A stretch of DNA of 64,000 nucleotides from Thermaerobacter marianensis (GTDB lineage: Bacteria; Bacillota; Sulfobacillia; DVGY01). Of the stretch, positions 1-9,936 are shown piece after piece; position 1 is the stretch's first letter, and each line of letters begins with the position of its first letter. The notes below the pieces were generated by a model that did not search any database, was not told the DNA's origin, and worked only from the letters and a program-made list of their open reading frames with translations. The DNA is taken from assembly GCA_020724425.1 (NCBI GenBank), contig DYGY01000009.1, positions 1,240-65,239 on the forward strand, read 5' to 3'. Position numbers and translations under genes: made by a program.

Positions 1-360
1 TAGGTAGAGGACCATTAGTCCACTGAGGATGGCAAAAATACTGTTCTTGGATTGGTTCAGTTTAGAGATGGTGTAGGCAGAGAAGATGTAGCCTAAAAGA
101 AAACCAAAGGTTGGTTTGGTGATGTAGGCTATACCACCGTAGGGTGGTGATGAAAATATGGGTAGGCCCATAAGACCAAGGAAAAGATAAAGGGTCATGC
201 TTAATGCTGCAGCCCTTGGTTTGAGAATAAGGCCTGTGAGCATGACTACAAAGGGTACTAGGCTAAAGGGGACTATTCCCACGCCGATTCTCCCAATAAT
301 TGCTGCTACTGCTGCTAGAGCGGCAAAGAGTGCTGCTAATGTTAGTTCTCTTGTTGACAT
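1..360 (-). CDS. bioY: BioY-like biotin ECF transporter S component (partial, C-terminus beyond window start)
   Basis: Minus-strand ATG at 360-358 preceded by GGAGG (rc of 371-375). Translation MSTRELTLAALFAALAAVAAIIGRIGVGIVPFSLVPFVVMLTGLILKP...GLPIFSSPPYGGIAYITKPTFGFLLGYIFSAY is all-hydrophobic with a BioY-like GLP.F...GG...PT.G(Y/F)L.G motif. The ORF runs off the window edge. Confidence 0.55.
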   Translation of the reverse strand, partial: MSTRELTLAALFAALAAVAAIIGRIGVGIVPFSLVPFVVMLTGLILKPRAAALSMTLYLFLGLMGLPIFSSPPYGGIAYITKPTFGFLLGYIFSAYTISKLNQSKNSIFAILSGLMVLYL

Positions 361-459
361 ATTATCTAACCTCCTAGGTATTCTTGTTTAGATATTGTTA
401 ACCAATTTCCTGCCGATAGGTTAACAATAGTTTAGCACGCTTATGGGTTCTTCCGAATA

Positions 460-1293
460 GTGTATCGGAGAACCGTGTTGGAGGTTATGCGTATGAATAT
501 GGCTTTTTGTCAGGTGGGGGAAGGAATAGAGAGGAGTTGCAAGCCAAGGGTTAAGGGTTTGACGATGATTCTTGATAAAGGTCTTGGTTTGGAAGCTACT
601 GCTGACTATTTGGAGTTAGTGGGGGACTATGTTGATTTGATTAAACTTGGGTTTGGTACCGGAGCACTGTACAGAAAGGAGTATCTAAAAGAGAAGATAC
701 GTCTGATTAGTTCGTATGATATTGAAGTTTATCCAGGAGGGACGCTGTTGGAAGCGGCCATCTGGCAGGGAAGGGTTGAGGAATTCTTTAAAGAGGTTAG
801 CAATCTTGGTCTAAATATTGTTGAGGTCTCCGATGGCACGATTGAAATTAGTCTTAGAGAACGTGAAAGAATGATTAGAAAGGCAATGGATTATGGTTTT
901 CGGGTACTTAGTGAAGTGGGTAAGAAGCAGGTATCTGAACAACTAGGGATTGAACAGATCAGGCAAACCATTCAGGTGGATTTGGCAAATGGTGTGGAAA
1001 AGATTATTGTTGAAGGTAGGGAGAGTGGTAGGGCGGTAGGAATTTATGATAATCATGGTCATATTGAAAAGGATGAGCTGGAATATATCCTGTCTTTAGT
1101 GCCTGATAGAGATCTAATCATCTGGGAGGCACCAAGGAAGGAACAGCAAGAACAGTTGTGTTTGCTTTTGGGTCCTGATGTGAGTCTTGGCAATATTGCC
1201 TTAGAAGAGGTTATGGCCCTTGAAGCTTTGCGAAGGGGTTTAAGAGGGGATACTTTGAAGCAATTGAGGATGAATAGGAAGGTCTATGGTTAA
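460..1293 (+). CDS. (2R)-phospho-3-sulfolactate synthase (ComA/YitD family)
   Basis: 277-aa ORF with KPR..GLTMILDKGLG and an overall ComA-family (TIM-barrel) pattern. The true start may be the internal Met at about 490-502. Confidence 0.7.
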   Translation: MYRRTVLEVMRMNMAFCQVGEGIERSCKPRVKGLTMILDKGLGLEATADYLELVGDYVDLIKLGFGTGALYRKEYLKEKIRLISSYDIEVYPGGTLLEAAIWQGRVEEFFKEVSNLGLNIVEVSDGTIEISLRERERMIRKAMDYGFRVLSEVGKKQVSEQLGIEQIRQTIQVDLANGVEKIIVEGRESGRAVGIYDNHGHIEKDELEYILSLVPDRDLIIWEAPRKEQQEQLCLLLGPDVSLGNIALEEVMALEALRRGLRGDTLKQLRMNRKVYG

Positions 1294-1330
1294 GATAGGG
1301 GGAGTGATTATTTTGATAGGCGGTTGATAA

Positions 1331-2542
1331 TTGGTGAAGAGTGAGACTAGGGTGTGGTTCTCTGTTTTGATGTCAGTTCCCTTTGTCATGGTGACTAGTA
1401 ATTCGCTTTTGATTCCTCTTTTGCCCAGTCTGCAGGAGAATTTGCGGGTTGGGCTCTTTGAGGTTGGCTTAATTATAACAGCTTTTTCTATTCCGGCAGG
1501 GTTAACTATTCCTCTGGCTGGTTATCTTTCTGATCTTTGGGGTCGAAAGAAGATAATGGTGCCAGCACTGATTCTTTTTGGTTCAGGAGGTCTAGTGGCT
1601 GGTCTAGCTGCCATGGTGATGGATGATCCCTATTATGTGATTCTTGGGGGTAGAGTTCTTCAGGGGATTGGTGGAGGAGGTACTTATCAGATAGCGATGG
1701 CCTTGGCAGGTGATGTTTTTCAGAGTCAGGAGAGGAGTAAGGTTTTGGGTTTGTTGGAAGCGGCTAATGGGGTTGGTAAGGTTGTTAGTCCGATTCTAGG
1801 TTCGGCTTTGGCGTTGGTTCTCTGGTATTTGCCATTCTTTTTATATCCAGTTTTGGGTTATCTCTCGGGGTTTGGTGTCTTAAGGTTTGTCAAGGAACCA
1901 AAGCGAGAGAGGATGGTTAGCTGGGCTGAAAAGAAACAGGCCTTAAAAGAGACTTTTAGGGATAAGGGTAAAGCATTGATGGTCTTGGCTTTTAATGGCT
2001 TTTTGATCCTGTTCTTTCTGTTTGGCATCTTGAGTTTCTACTCTGATGTTTTGGAAAAGACTTATCACTTAGGACAGTTTGTCAGGGGATTGGTTGTGGC
2101 AATTCCTGTAGGTTTAATGGCCCTTACTTCCTGGTTAACAGGAACATTCTTGCAGGAAAGGATTGCTAAGATCTTAAAAATTTTAATTGTTTTGGGTCTC
2201 TTTATGATTGCTATTAGTCTGTTTTTGGTATCGTTTGTTAGGGAGTTGTATCTGTTGCTTTTAGTGGTGTCAATTCTTGGGGTTGGTAGTGGACTGGTGC
2301 TTCCTGCCATAAATCTACTTGTTACTAGCGCTATTGGTCAGGCTGAGAGAGGAACAATTGTTTCTCTGTATGGTTCAGTTAGATTTTTTGGTGCAGCACT
2401 TGGGCCGCCTGCATTCGGATTAGCTGTTTCGTGTTTACAGTTATGGAGCTTTATAGGTGGCGGAATGGTGATTTCAGCAATATTTCTGACGGCATTAATT
2501 GTTAATCAATCCCAACTACTACCTGATAAACTACAATCCTAA
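1331..2542 (+). CDS. MFS transporter
   Basis: 403 aa, about 12 hydrophobic segments, LSDLWGRKK MFS loop motif between TM2 and TM3. Confidence 0.75.
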   Translation: MVKSETRVWFSVLMSVPFVMVTSNSLLIPLLPSLQENLRVGLFEVGLIITAFSIPAGLTIPLAGYLSDLWGRKKIMVPALILFGSGGLVAGLAAMVMDDPYYVILGGRVLQGIGGGGTYQIAMALAGDVFQSQERSKVLGLLEAANGVGKVVSPILGSALALVLWYLPFFLYPVLGYLSGFGVLRFVKEPKRERMVSWAEKKQALKETFRDKGKALMVLAFNGFLILFFLFGILSFYSDVLEKTYHLGQFVRGLVVAIPVGLMALTSWLTGTFLQERIAKILKILIVLGLFMIAISLFLVSFVRELYLLLLVVSILGVGSGLVLPAINLLVTSAIGQAERGTIVSLYGSVRFFGAALGPPAFGLAVSCLQLWSFIGGGMVISAIFLTALIVNQSQLLPDKLQS

Positions 2543-2905
2543 TAGTCCGGGTAATAAATTGCCAACATTATCAATGAATGGATTCGTATTCTAAATAATT
2601 ATTTTTCACTAAATAGATTTATTTAGTATAATAAATTATCGAAAAAATCTGTTATAGTAAGATTGCAATTGGTATTAGTATGCATTTTAAGATAGGCAGG
2701 ACGGATTATGTACTAATTTACTCCATAAATACCGTAAACTTTTCTTTGAAACTTAGATATATAGTGTTAGAATTAAGAAAGAGATAGGTGGTCAGTGTAA
2801 AATGGTAAGGATATCAAGACGAAATCTTGTCTACTAAAGGATTGACAAGTGGCAGGATTTTTGGCATTGATATTGAATAGACACTGAGCGCAAAAAACCT
2901 TAAGA

Positions 2906-4027
2906 ATGGGGGTCATTTCAACAATGAAGAAGATGAGAAAGATGGGCATGCTTGCTTTAGTACTCGTCTTGTCCTTAACATTGCTAGCAGGTTGCGGTTC
3001 TAAGGATGACGCTAAGCAAGACGCTCCAGCACCAGCCCCAACTGGTGAAGAGCCATTAAAGATTGGTTTGGTTTTTGATGTTGGTGGTAGAGGTGACTTG
3101 TCCTTCAACGATATGGCATATGCCGGGTTGGAGAGAGCAAAGCTGGAGTATGGTGACAAAATCGAGATCGAATATCTAGAGCCAGCAGGTTCTGGAGATA
3201 ATCGTGAAGAGCTAATGCGTCTTTTGGCTCAGCAGGGTTATGATCTGATTTTTGGTGTTGGCTTCATGTTTACTGAGCACATTGATAAATTGTCTAAGGA
3301 GTTCCCAGATGTTAAGTTTGGTTTGATTGATGGTTACATTCCTGACTTAACTGCTGACTCCAATGTCGTTTCCTTGTTGTTCACCGAGCATGAGGGTTCC
3401 TTCTTGGTTGGTGCAGCTGCAGCATTGAAGAGTGAGAATAACTCTATTGGTTTCATTGGTGGTATGCAGATTCCTTTGATTCAGAAGTTTGAAGCTGGCT
3501 ATATGGCTGGTGCATACTATGTAAATCCTGATATTAAGATTCAAAGTGACTACATTGGTACCACTGGTGATGCTTTCCGTGATCCTGTTAAGGGCCGTGA
3601 ATTGGCATTGTCTCAGTATCAACGTGGTGCAGACATCATCTATCATGCTGCCGGTGCATCTGGTACAGGCTTGTTTGAAGCTGCTGTTCAGACCGGTAAC
3701 TTGGCAATTGGTGTAGATGCTGATCAGTCTCTAACAGTGTCTGAGGCTCAGCGTTCTCACGTGTTAACAAGTATGATGAAGCGTGTTGATGTTGCTGTAT
3801 ACAACACTATCGTTGACTTAGTTGAAGGTAACTTTGAAGGTGGCTACCATATGTTTGGTTTAGCTGAAGAAGGTGTTGGCTATGCAGTAAACGATTTCAA
3901 TCGTGAAATGATGGCTGACATTGTTGATGAACTAGAAGTTATCAAAGGAAAAATTATTGACGGTGAAATTGTAGTACCTGTTGACATGGAAGATTTGGCA
4001 GAGTTCAAAGCTTCTTTGGGCAACTAG
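2906..4027 (+). CDS. BMP-family (PnrA/Med-like) ABC transporter substrate-binding lipoprotein
   Basis: Signal peptide plus lipobox LLAGC. GLVFDVGGRGDLSFND and IGFIGGM motifs typical of basic-membrane-protein nucleoside-binding SBPs. Start may be 2924-2942. Confidence 0.8.
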   Translation: MGVISTMKKMRKMGMLALVLVLSLTLLAGCGSKDDAKQDAPAPAPTGEEPLKIGLVFDVGGRGDLSFNDMAYAGLERAKLEYGDKIEIEYLEPAGSGDNREELMRLLAQQGYDLIFGVGFMFTEHIDKLSKEFPDVKFGLIDGYIPDLTADSNVVSLLFTEHEGSFLVGAAAALKSENNSIGFIGGMQIPLIQKFEAGYMAGAYYVNPDIKIQSDYIGTTGDAFRDPVKGRELALSQYQRGADIIYHAAGASGTGLFEAAVQTGNLAIGVDADQSLTVSEAQRSHVLTSMMKRVDVAVYNTIVDLVEGNFEGGYHMFGLAEEGVGYAVNDFNREMMADIVDELEVIKGKIIDGEIVVPVDMEDLAEFKASLGN

Positions 4028-4055
4028 TTATTATTTCGCCCGATAGCCTATGAAA

Positions 4056-4096
4056 AGGTAGGGGTGACGCGTATTATTCGTCACCCCTATATTTTG
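4056..4096 (+). terminator. Intra-operon stem-loop (AGGGGTGACG...CGTCACCCCT) followed by ATATTTT; attenuating terminator between SBP and ATPase genes
   Basis: Perfect 10-bp inverted repeat with a T-rich tail in the 110-bp gap between the SBP gene and the ATPase gene. Confidence 0.55.
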
Positions 4097-4138
4097 CCTA
4101 AGGTAGGGCAGACAAGATTGGTTTGAGGAGAGAGGGAA

Positions 4139-5668
4139 ATGGTGTCCCGCGACCTAGTTATTGAGACAAAAGGTTTACGCAAGAGTTTTCCCGGGGTTCT
4201 CGCTAATGACCAGATTGACATTGATATCCGACGGGGTGAGGTTCACGCTATTGTTGGAGAGAATGGTGCTGGTAAGAGTACTCTGATGAAAATGCTTTGT
4301 GGTCTTTATCAACCGGATGCTGGTGAAATCTTTCTAAATGGTGAGAAGATTGAACTTAGTGATCCTGGTAAGGCTATTAAGTTGGGAATCGGTATGGTTC
4401 ATCAGCATTTTATGCTTATTCCCAGATTTTCTGTAACTGAGAACATCATCCTCGGTGCGGAGAATTCTAATCGTGGTGTTCTTAATTTTAAGAAAGCTCA
4501 TGCTGAGGTTGAGGAACTATGCAAGAGGTATGAGTTTGATCTTAATCCTAAAGAACTTGTTGCTGATTTGTCTGTTGGTGAACAACAGAGGGTTGAGATT
4601 TTGAAGGTTCTATATCGTGGTGCAGAAGTCATTATCATGGATGAACCTACAGCCGTACTCGTTCCTCAGGAAGTTGACGAGCTGTTTAAGAACTTAAAGC
4701 TTCTAGTTGAAGCAGGCAAGACTGTTATTTTCATCAGCCATAAATTAGATGAGGTTCTTGAGATTTCTGATAGGATTACTGTTTTAAGACGTGGTCAGAA
4801 GATTGGTACGGTTAATAAGGAAGATACCAACAAGAAGCATCTAGCTGAGATGATGGTTGGTCGTCCTGTGCTCTTCACCGTTGAGAAGGGTGAAGCAGAT
4901 GTGGAGGGTACTGTTCTTGAGATTAATGATTTACATTATTCAGAGAACGGACAGGCAATACTCAATGGGGTTAATTTCGAAGTTAAAGCCGGAGAAATTT
5001 ACGGAATTGCTGGTGTTGAAGGAAATGGACAGACGGAGTTAGTGGAAACTATTGTAGGTTTACGTAAGCCTGCAAGTGGGTCAGTTAAGCTTTTGGGCAA
5101 GGATATTACCGGTAAGGAAGTTGTGGATATCCGTAAGGAAGGAATCGGTTTTGTCCCGGAGGACAGGCATAAGAGAGGTTTGGTCTTGCCGATGACTGTA
5201 GCGGAGAATAGCATCCTTGGCAAGCATAATTCTAAAGATTTGAAAAAAAGCTTATTGCTTGACTATAAGAAGATTGAAGCACTAACAAAGCAGTATATCA
5301 CAGATTATGATATCCGTGTTTCTTCACCTCAGGTCGAGATCGGTAACTTATCTGGTGGTAATCAGCAGAAGGTTATTCTGGCAAGAGAGTTTAGTGGTGA
5401 ACCTAACTTGATTATTGCAGCTCAACCTACTAGAGGTCTCGATGTCGGTGCTATTGAGTTCGTGCGTAAAGAGTTAGTTAAAGCAAGGGATGCAGGGAAA
5501 GCTGTTTTGCTTATTTCTGCTGATCTTGAAGAAGTTATGGCTATGAGTGATAGAATCGGTGTTATCTATAATGGTCGTATCACCTCAGAATTCTTGCCCG
5601 AAGAGGTTGACCATCAACAGCTTGGTCATTACATGCTGGGTAGTGAGAAGGAGGGAGCTGCAAAATGA
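4139..5668 (+). CDS. ABC transporter ATP-binding protein with two fused ATPase domains (sugar/nucleoside type)
   Basis: 509 aa. Walker A GENGAGKST and a second P-loop GVEGNGQTE, signature LSVGEQQR and LSGGNQQK, Walker B IIMDEPT. Confidence 0.9.
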   Translation: MVSRDLVIETKGLRKSFPGVLANDQIDIDIRRGEVHAIVGENGAGKSTLMKMLCGLYQPDAGEIFLNGEKIELSDPGKAIKLGIGMVHQHFMLIPRFSVTENIILGAENSNRGVLNFKKAHAEVEELCKRYEFDLNPKELVADLSVGEQQRVEILKVLYRGAEVIIMDEPTAVLVPQEVDELFKNLKLLVEAGKTVIFISHKLDEVLEISDRITVLRRGQKIGTVNKEDTNKKHLAEMMVGRPVLFTVEKGEADVEGTVLEINDLHYSENGQAILNGVNFEVKAGEIYGIAGVEGNGQTELVETIVGLRKPASGSVKLLGKDITGKEVVDIRKEGIGFVPEDRHKRGLVLPMTVAENSILGKHNSKDLKKSLLLDYKKIEALTKQYITDYDIRVSSPQVEIGNLSGGNQQKVILAREFSGEPNLIIAAQPTRGLDVGAIEFVRKELVKARDAGKAVLLISADLEEVMAMSDRIGVIYNGRITSEFLPEEVDHQQLGHYMLGSEKEGAAK

Positions 5669-6834
5669 ACTACAAATACAAGGATTGGTTAATGCAAATA
5701 GCCTTTACTTTTGGTGCTATATTGTTTGCAATGTTTATTGGCTCCCTGGTCATCATGTTCATTGGCAAGAATCCTATTACTGTGTATCAGTCAATGTTGC
5801 AATTTACTTTTGGGCGCAGTGATAGTATCGGTGCTATTCTGTTTAAGAGTACACCTTTGATATTTGCTGGTCTGGCGGTGGCTCTAAGTTTCCGAGTAGG
5901 GTTGTTTAACATTGGTGCGGAGGGACAGTATTTTATTGGTGCTTTAGCTGCGTCTATTGTTGGTTTCAGTTTACAAGGTCTACCGTGGTTCATTCACCTG
6001 CCACTGGTAATTTTGGCTGGTATGGCTGGTGGTATGTTATGGGCTTTGATTCCGGCGTTACTTAAGGTCAAACGTGGGGCTCATGAGGTTATCACTACGA
6101 TTATGATGAACTATATCGCCTATTCAGTGGTTCATTATTTTGTAGCTGACTTGTTCCTAGATAAGGCTCAGAATCTGCCTAAGGGTTATGGAAGTCCGAT
6201 GGTTCGCATGCCTAAGATTCTTGAGTCTGCGAGAATGCCCACTATGCATGATTTTGTTGGTATCTTTGGCGTAGAGATGCCAAGGTATATATATCTTAAC
6301 TGGTTCTTTGTAATCGGGATTTTGCTAGCAATAGCTGTTTATATACTGATTTGGAAAACTCCTTTTGGTATGGAGATTAGAGCTGTTGGACAGAATCCTC
6401 ATGCTTCTGAAACAGTTGGTATTCAATCAAAGAAGGTCTATCTGAAGACTTTCCTTATAAGTGGTGCTATTGCAGGTCTGATTGGTCTTAGTGACCTTCT
6501 GGGCTATATAGGCTACATGGATACAGATTTCCCAAGAGGTTATGGTTTTACCGGTATTGCTGTAGCTCTATTAGCTAACAACAATGCATTGGGTGTTGTT
6601 TTAGCAGCTCTGCTGTTTGGTTTCTTAAGAAGGGGAGCCGAAGGTTTGCAAGCAATTGAACAGATTCCAATGGATGTAGTTGTTATTCTTGAGGGTGTTA
6701 TCATTCTGAGTATCGTTGTTGCTTCTCAGTTGATGAGAAGATATTTCAAGACTCAGGAGAAGAAGAGAGAAAAAGAAAGTCAGAAAACGAGTGCTTCTGA
6801 TGGGGACAAGGAGGGGCTAGAGAATGTTGAATGA
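5665..6834 (+). CDS. ABC transporter permease (BMP/ribose-type)
   Basis: Polytopic membrane protein. ATGA overlap with the upstream ATPase gene. Typical operon order SBP-ATPase-permease-permease. Confidence 0.8.
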   Translation: MNYKYKDWLMQIAFTFGAILFAMFIGSLVIMFIGKNPITVYQSMLQFTFGRSDSIGAILFKSTPLIFAGLAVALSFRVGLFNIGAEGQYFIGALAASIVGFSLQGLPWFIHLPLVILAGMAGGMLWALIPALLKVKRGAHEVITTIMMNYIAYSVVHYFVADLFLDKAQNLPKGYGSPMVRMPKILESARMPTMHDFVGIFGVEMPRYIYLNWFFVIGILLAIAVYILIWKTPFGMEIRAVGQNPHASETVGIQSKKVYLKTFLISGAIAGLIGLSDLLGYIGYMDTDFPRGYGFTGIAVALLANNNALGVVLAALLFGFLRRGAEGLQAIEQIPMDVVVILEGVIILSIVVASQLMRRYFKTQEKKREKESQKTSASDGDKEGLENVE

Positions 6835-7747
6835 GCTATTTTCACCTGATATGATGGCCTCTGCAATCCGGTTAACTATCCCCATTTTGTTAGCTGCTCT
6901 TGGAGCAATATATTCAGAACGAAGCGGTGTAGTTAACATTGGTCTTGAAGGTATGATGGTTGTCGGTGCTTTCTGGGCAGCCTGGGGTTCCTTCAATTAC
7001 GGACCAGTAGTTGGTATTCTCTTTGGTATCACGGCTGGTATGGTCCTAGCCTCGATACATGCGTTAGTGACTGTAACTTTTAAAGTAAATCAGATTGTTA
7101 GTGGTGTGGCGTTAAATGTGCTTGCTGCGGGTATAAGCAGGTTCTCGAGTTTGTCCATTTTCGGCATGGCAACTACTAGCCCTCACGTTTCTGGTTTACC
7201 TAAGATGACTATTAAGCCTCTAGCAGAGATATCTTGGCTTAAGCCTTTGGTTACTGAGTTTTCTATCTTGATTCCTATCTCATTTATTTTGGTAGGGGTA
7301 ACTGTATGGGTTCTCAAGTATACCACCTTTGGTTTGAGATTGCGTGCTGCTGGTGAGAATCCTGAGGCTGCCGATACATTAGGTATTAATGTATTTAAGA
7401 TGAGATATGCTGGTATTATTATCAGTGGTGCTTTTGCAGGTCTTGCCGGTGCCTACCTATCTATCGAGCATACCGGTATGTATGTTGAAGGTATGACTCA
7501 GGGTAAAGGTTATATCGCACTTGCTGCTATGATCTTTGGTAACTGGTCTGCAATTGGAGCCATGTTTGCTGCCTTGCTGTTCGGTTTTGCCGAGGCAATC
7601 AGTTTAAGACGAATTACAACACTGGTACCATATCAGTTCATCAAGATTATTCCTTACCTGTTGACTATTATCGTTGTTAGTGGATTTGTTAAGAAGTCTG
7701 ATCCACCGGCAAAGGTTGGCACAAATTACGAACGTGGTGAAGGATAA
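6824..7747 (+). CDS. ABC transporter permease (second permease)
   Basis: Polytopic membrane protein whose start overlaps the previous permease gene. Confidence 0.8.
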   Translation: MLNELFSPDMMASAIRLTIPILLAALGAIYSERSGVVNIGLEGMMVVGAFWAAWGSFNYGPVVGILFGITAGMVLASIHALVTVTFKVNQIVSGVALNVLAAGISRFSSLSIFGMATTSPHVSGLPKMTIKPLAEISWLKPLVTEFSILIPISFILVGVTVWVLKYTTFGLRLRAAGENPEAADTLGINVFKMRYAGIIISGAFAGLAGAYLSIEHTGMYVEGMTQGKGYIALAAMIFGNWSAIGAMFAALLFGFAEAISLRRITTLVPYQFIKIIPYLLTIIVVSGFVKKSDPPAKVGTNYERGEG

Positions 7748-7751
7748 AGAA

Positions 7752-7784
7752 AGAAGGCATCGGTCATGACCGATGCCTTTTATA
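7752..7784. terminator. Bidirectional rho-independent terminator between convergent genes
   Basis: AGGCATCGGTCATGACCGATGCCT hairpin followed by a TTTT run. Confidence 0.7.
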
Positions 7785-7796
7785 TATTAAGGGGGG

Positions 7797-9098
7797 TTAA
7801 TTAGCTTTACTGAACATGGCCTTAACTTTACTCTTAAGAGTTTGTTCAGGTTCCAATACTGGATCAAAACCCCGGAAGAAGTAGTAGTATAGGAGGCTTG
7901 CACCAGCATACATAGTTGCAGTAATGTAGTATGGGAGGGTATAGGAGACATTGGCCATGAGCCAGCCACCCAATTGAGCACTAACTGCAAATCCTAGTTG
8001 CCAGGATATATTCAGGATTCCACTGGCGGTAGCGCGTTCTTTTTCTGGAATTACATGCATGGCAAAAGCTTGAGTTAATGGACCAGACATGTTCATAAGA
8101 CCCTGGCGAATCCACATGGAAACTGCCACAAACCAGATGTTGCCGCTCCAGACTATCATCAGCATGAAAGGTACTGAGAGGAGCTGAGCCCAGACAATGG
8201 TGCGAATTCGCCCATACTTGGCTGCTAACACTGGTGCCAAGAGCATAGCTAAAGCGGTGAATATGGCTGACCAACTAAAGATAAAGCCAATCTGTCCTGA
8301 TGTTGCACCTACATATTGATCTAGAAAGATGCTCATAAAGGGGATAACTAAACCAGCGCCCATCGAAATTATCAGTGAAGGTGTTAATAGTTTTAGGAGG
8401 AGCATTGGCTCACTTAACCCCAAAAATCCCTTCTTTTCTATGGTATCTGTAGGGTTTTCGGTGCTTGACTTTTGTTTAGGTGTTGGTGTAGCCATTAACA
8501 TGGGTACCATAGCTGCTATCAAGAAGATTCCTGCAAAGATTAGAGTCCATTGATAGGCTGAAGCTGAATCCGGATTGTGGCCCATTGTTAGGGAGATCCC
8601 TCTTGGCATCAAGCCTGCGAGAATACCTCCAAATGCTCCAGAGAGCATAGTGGCTGCCTGTTCCACACTGAAAAGATAGTCTCTTTCTTCCTCTTTGCTG
8701 TTATCAGCCAAGAATGGTGCGAAAGCAACTGCAGCAAGGGCACTAGCGATACCGCCGACAACTGAGAACAGAAGCAAGGCAGTGTAGTATGGGAAAATGA
8801 CTTTCCCAAAGGCACCGATGGTTCCAAGGCCGAGGGCGAGAACTAAGCCGTTTTTATGACCATAGCGATCACTGAAACGTCCAGCTGGAATGGCAAAGAT
8901 TACGGTGGCGACAGATGTTACAAGAATCAGTGTGCCAAGGAAGTCTTCGGTATAGTCAAGTCTTAGCAGAAAGATGTTGTAGATGACTCCATTCATACTC
9001 ATGTTAAGACTGAAAAGGAAGATTGCTAGCAAGAATAACTTCGCATTACGAGAAAATGACTTTATTCTTTTATGATAATCTGAGAAAAAGAGAGCCAT
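7797..9098 (-). CDS. MFS transporter
   Basis: 433 aa, multiple TM helices, RFSDRYGHK motif (MFS loop 2-3). Confidence 0.75.
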   Translation of the reverse strand: MALFFSDYHKRIKSFSRNAKLFLLAIFLFSLNMSMNGVIYNIFLLRLDYTEDFLGTLILVTSVATVIFAIPAGRFSDRYGHKNGLVLALGLGTIGAFGKVIFPYYTALLLFSVVGGIASALAAVAFAPFLADNSKEEERDYLFSVEQAATMLSGAFGGILAGLMPRGISLTMGHNPDSASAYQWTLIFAGIFLIAAMVPMLMATPTPKQKSSTENPTDTIEKKGFLGLSEPMLLLKLLTPSLIISMGAGLVIPFMSIFLDQYVGATSGQIGFIFSWSAIFTALAMLLAPVLAAKYGRIRTIVWAQLLSVPFMLMIVWSGNIWFVAVSMWIRQGLMNMSGPLTQAFAMHVIPEKERATASGILNISWQLGFAVSAQLGGWLMANVSYTLPYYITATMYAGASLLYYYFFRGFDPVLEPEQTLKSKVKAMFSKAN

Positions 9099-9196
9099 AA
9101 AAAAACCTCCTATTGCCGAACTATTGATAGTGTACCTTAATATTATTAATATGTCAATTAAAAATATTAAAAGAATACTTAAAGGAGTCTAAAAAG

Positions 9197-9934
9197 GTGT
9201 CTAACTACTTAAACTTCGCGTATCTTTACGATCAGCTTATGGCTGATGTGCCTTATGACAGCTGGATTGATTATGTTGAACAAATCCTTGAAGAATTTAA
9301 GGTTACACCTAAAAGAGTATTGGATCTGGCCTGTGGTACTGGTAACACGACTTTACCCTGGGCTAAGAGAGGCTATGAAGTTATCGGTCTTGATCAATCA
9401 GAGACAATGCTAGAGATTGCTCGGATGAAAGCGAAGTCTCTTAAAATCGATTTTGTTCAGGGGGATATGAGGAGGTTTATTCTGCCTGAACAGGTTGACC
9501 TGGCTGTCTCTTTATATGATAGCCTCAATTATCTTCTTGAAGCACAGGATATACAGTATACTTTAGACGCAGTTTGTCAGGCATTAGTTCCCAATGGACT
9601 ATTCATTTTTGACATGAACACGCAATATAAGCTTGAACAGGTAGAGGATGACATTTTTTTCTGGGAAGGGGACTGTGGCGATTTAATTTGGAAGCAAAAA
9701 TATGATAAGAGAGATGGAATTTGGAGCATAGAACTGATAGGATATGTTAGGGGAGACAACGGATATGTAAAGTTCAAGGAGTTACATAGGGAAAAGGCTT
9801 ATCCCGCTTCCAAAGTTGAAGAAATGGCTAACAGGGCAGGTTTTGAAGTGCTAGGTGTGTATGAAGCATATAAGCTTTCGGAGCCAAGTCCGGTCAGTTC
9901 GCGTATTTTTTATGTTTTAAAGAAGGGTGATTAA
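9197..9934 (+). CDS. Class I SAM-dependent methyltransferase
   Basis: VLDLACGTGNTT (motif I) and EVIGLDQSETML (motif II). GTG start 10 nt after AAGGAG. Confidence 0.75.
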   Translation: MSNYLNFAYLYDQLMADVPYDSWIDYVEQILEEFKVTPKRVLDLACGTGNTTLPWAKRGYEVIGLDQSETMLEIARMKAKSLKIDFVQGDMRRFILPEQVDLAVSLYDSLNYLLEAQDIQYTLDAVCQALVPNGLFIFDMNTQYKLEQVEDDIFFWEGDCGDLIWKQKYDKRDGIWSIELIGYVRGDNGYVKFKELHREKAYPASKVEEMANRAGFEVLGVYEAYKLSEPSPVSSRIFYVLKKGD

Positions 9935-9936
9935 CT

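Noticed and set aside
197-391. 64-aa plus-strand ORF
   Set aside because: It lies antisense within the better-supported minus-strand bioY-like gene and has no RBS.
2065-2310. 81-aa minus-strand ORF
   Set aside because: It lies antisense inside the MFS transporter gene.
2773-3159. 128-aa minus-strand ORF overlapping the SBP gene start
   Set aside because: It is antisense to the well-supported lipoprotein gene and its composition is low-complexity.
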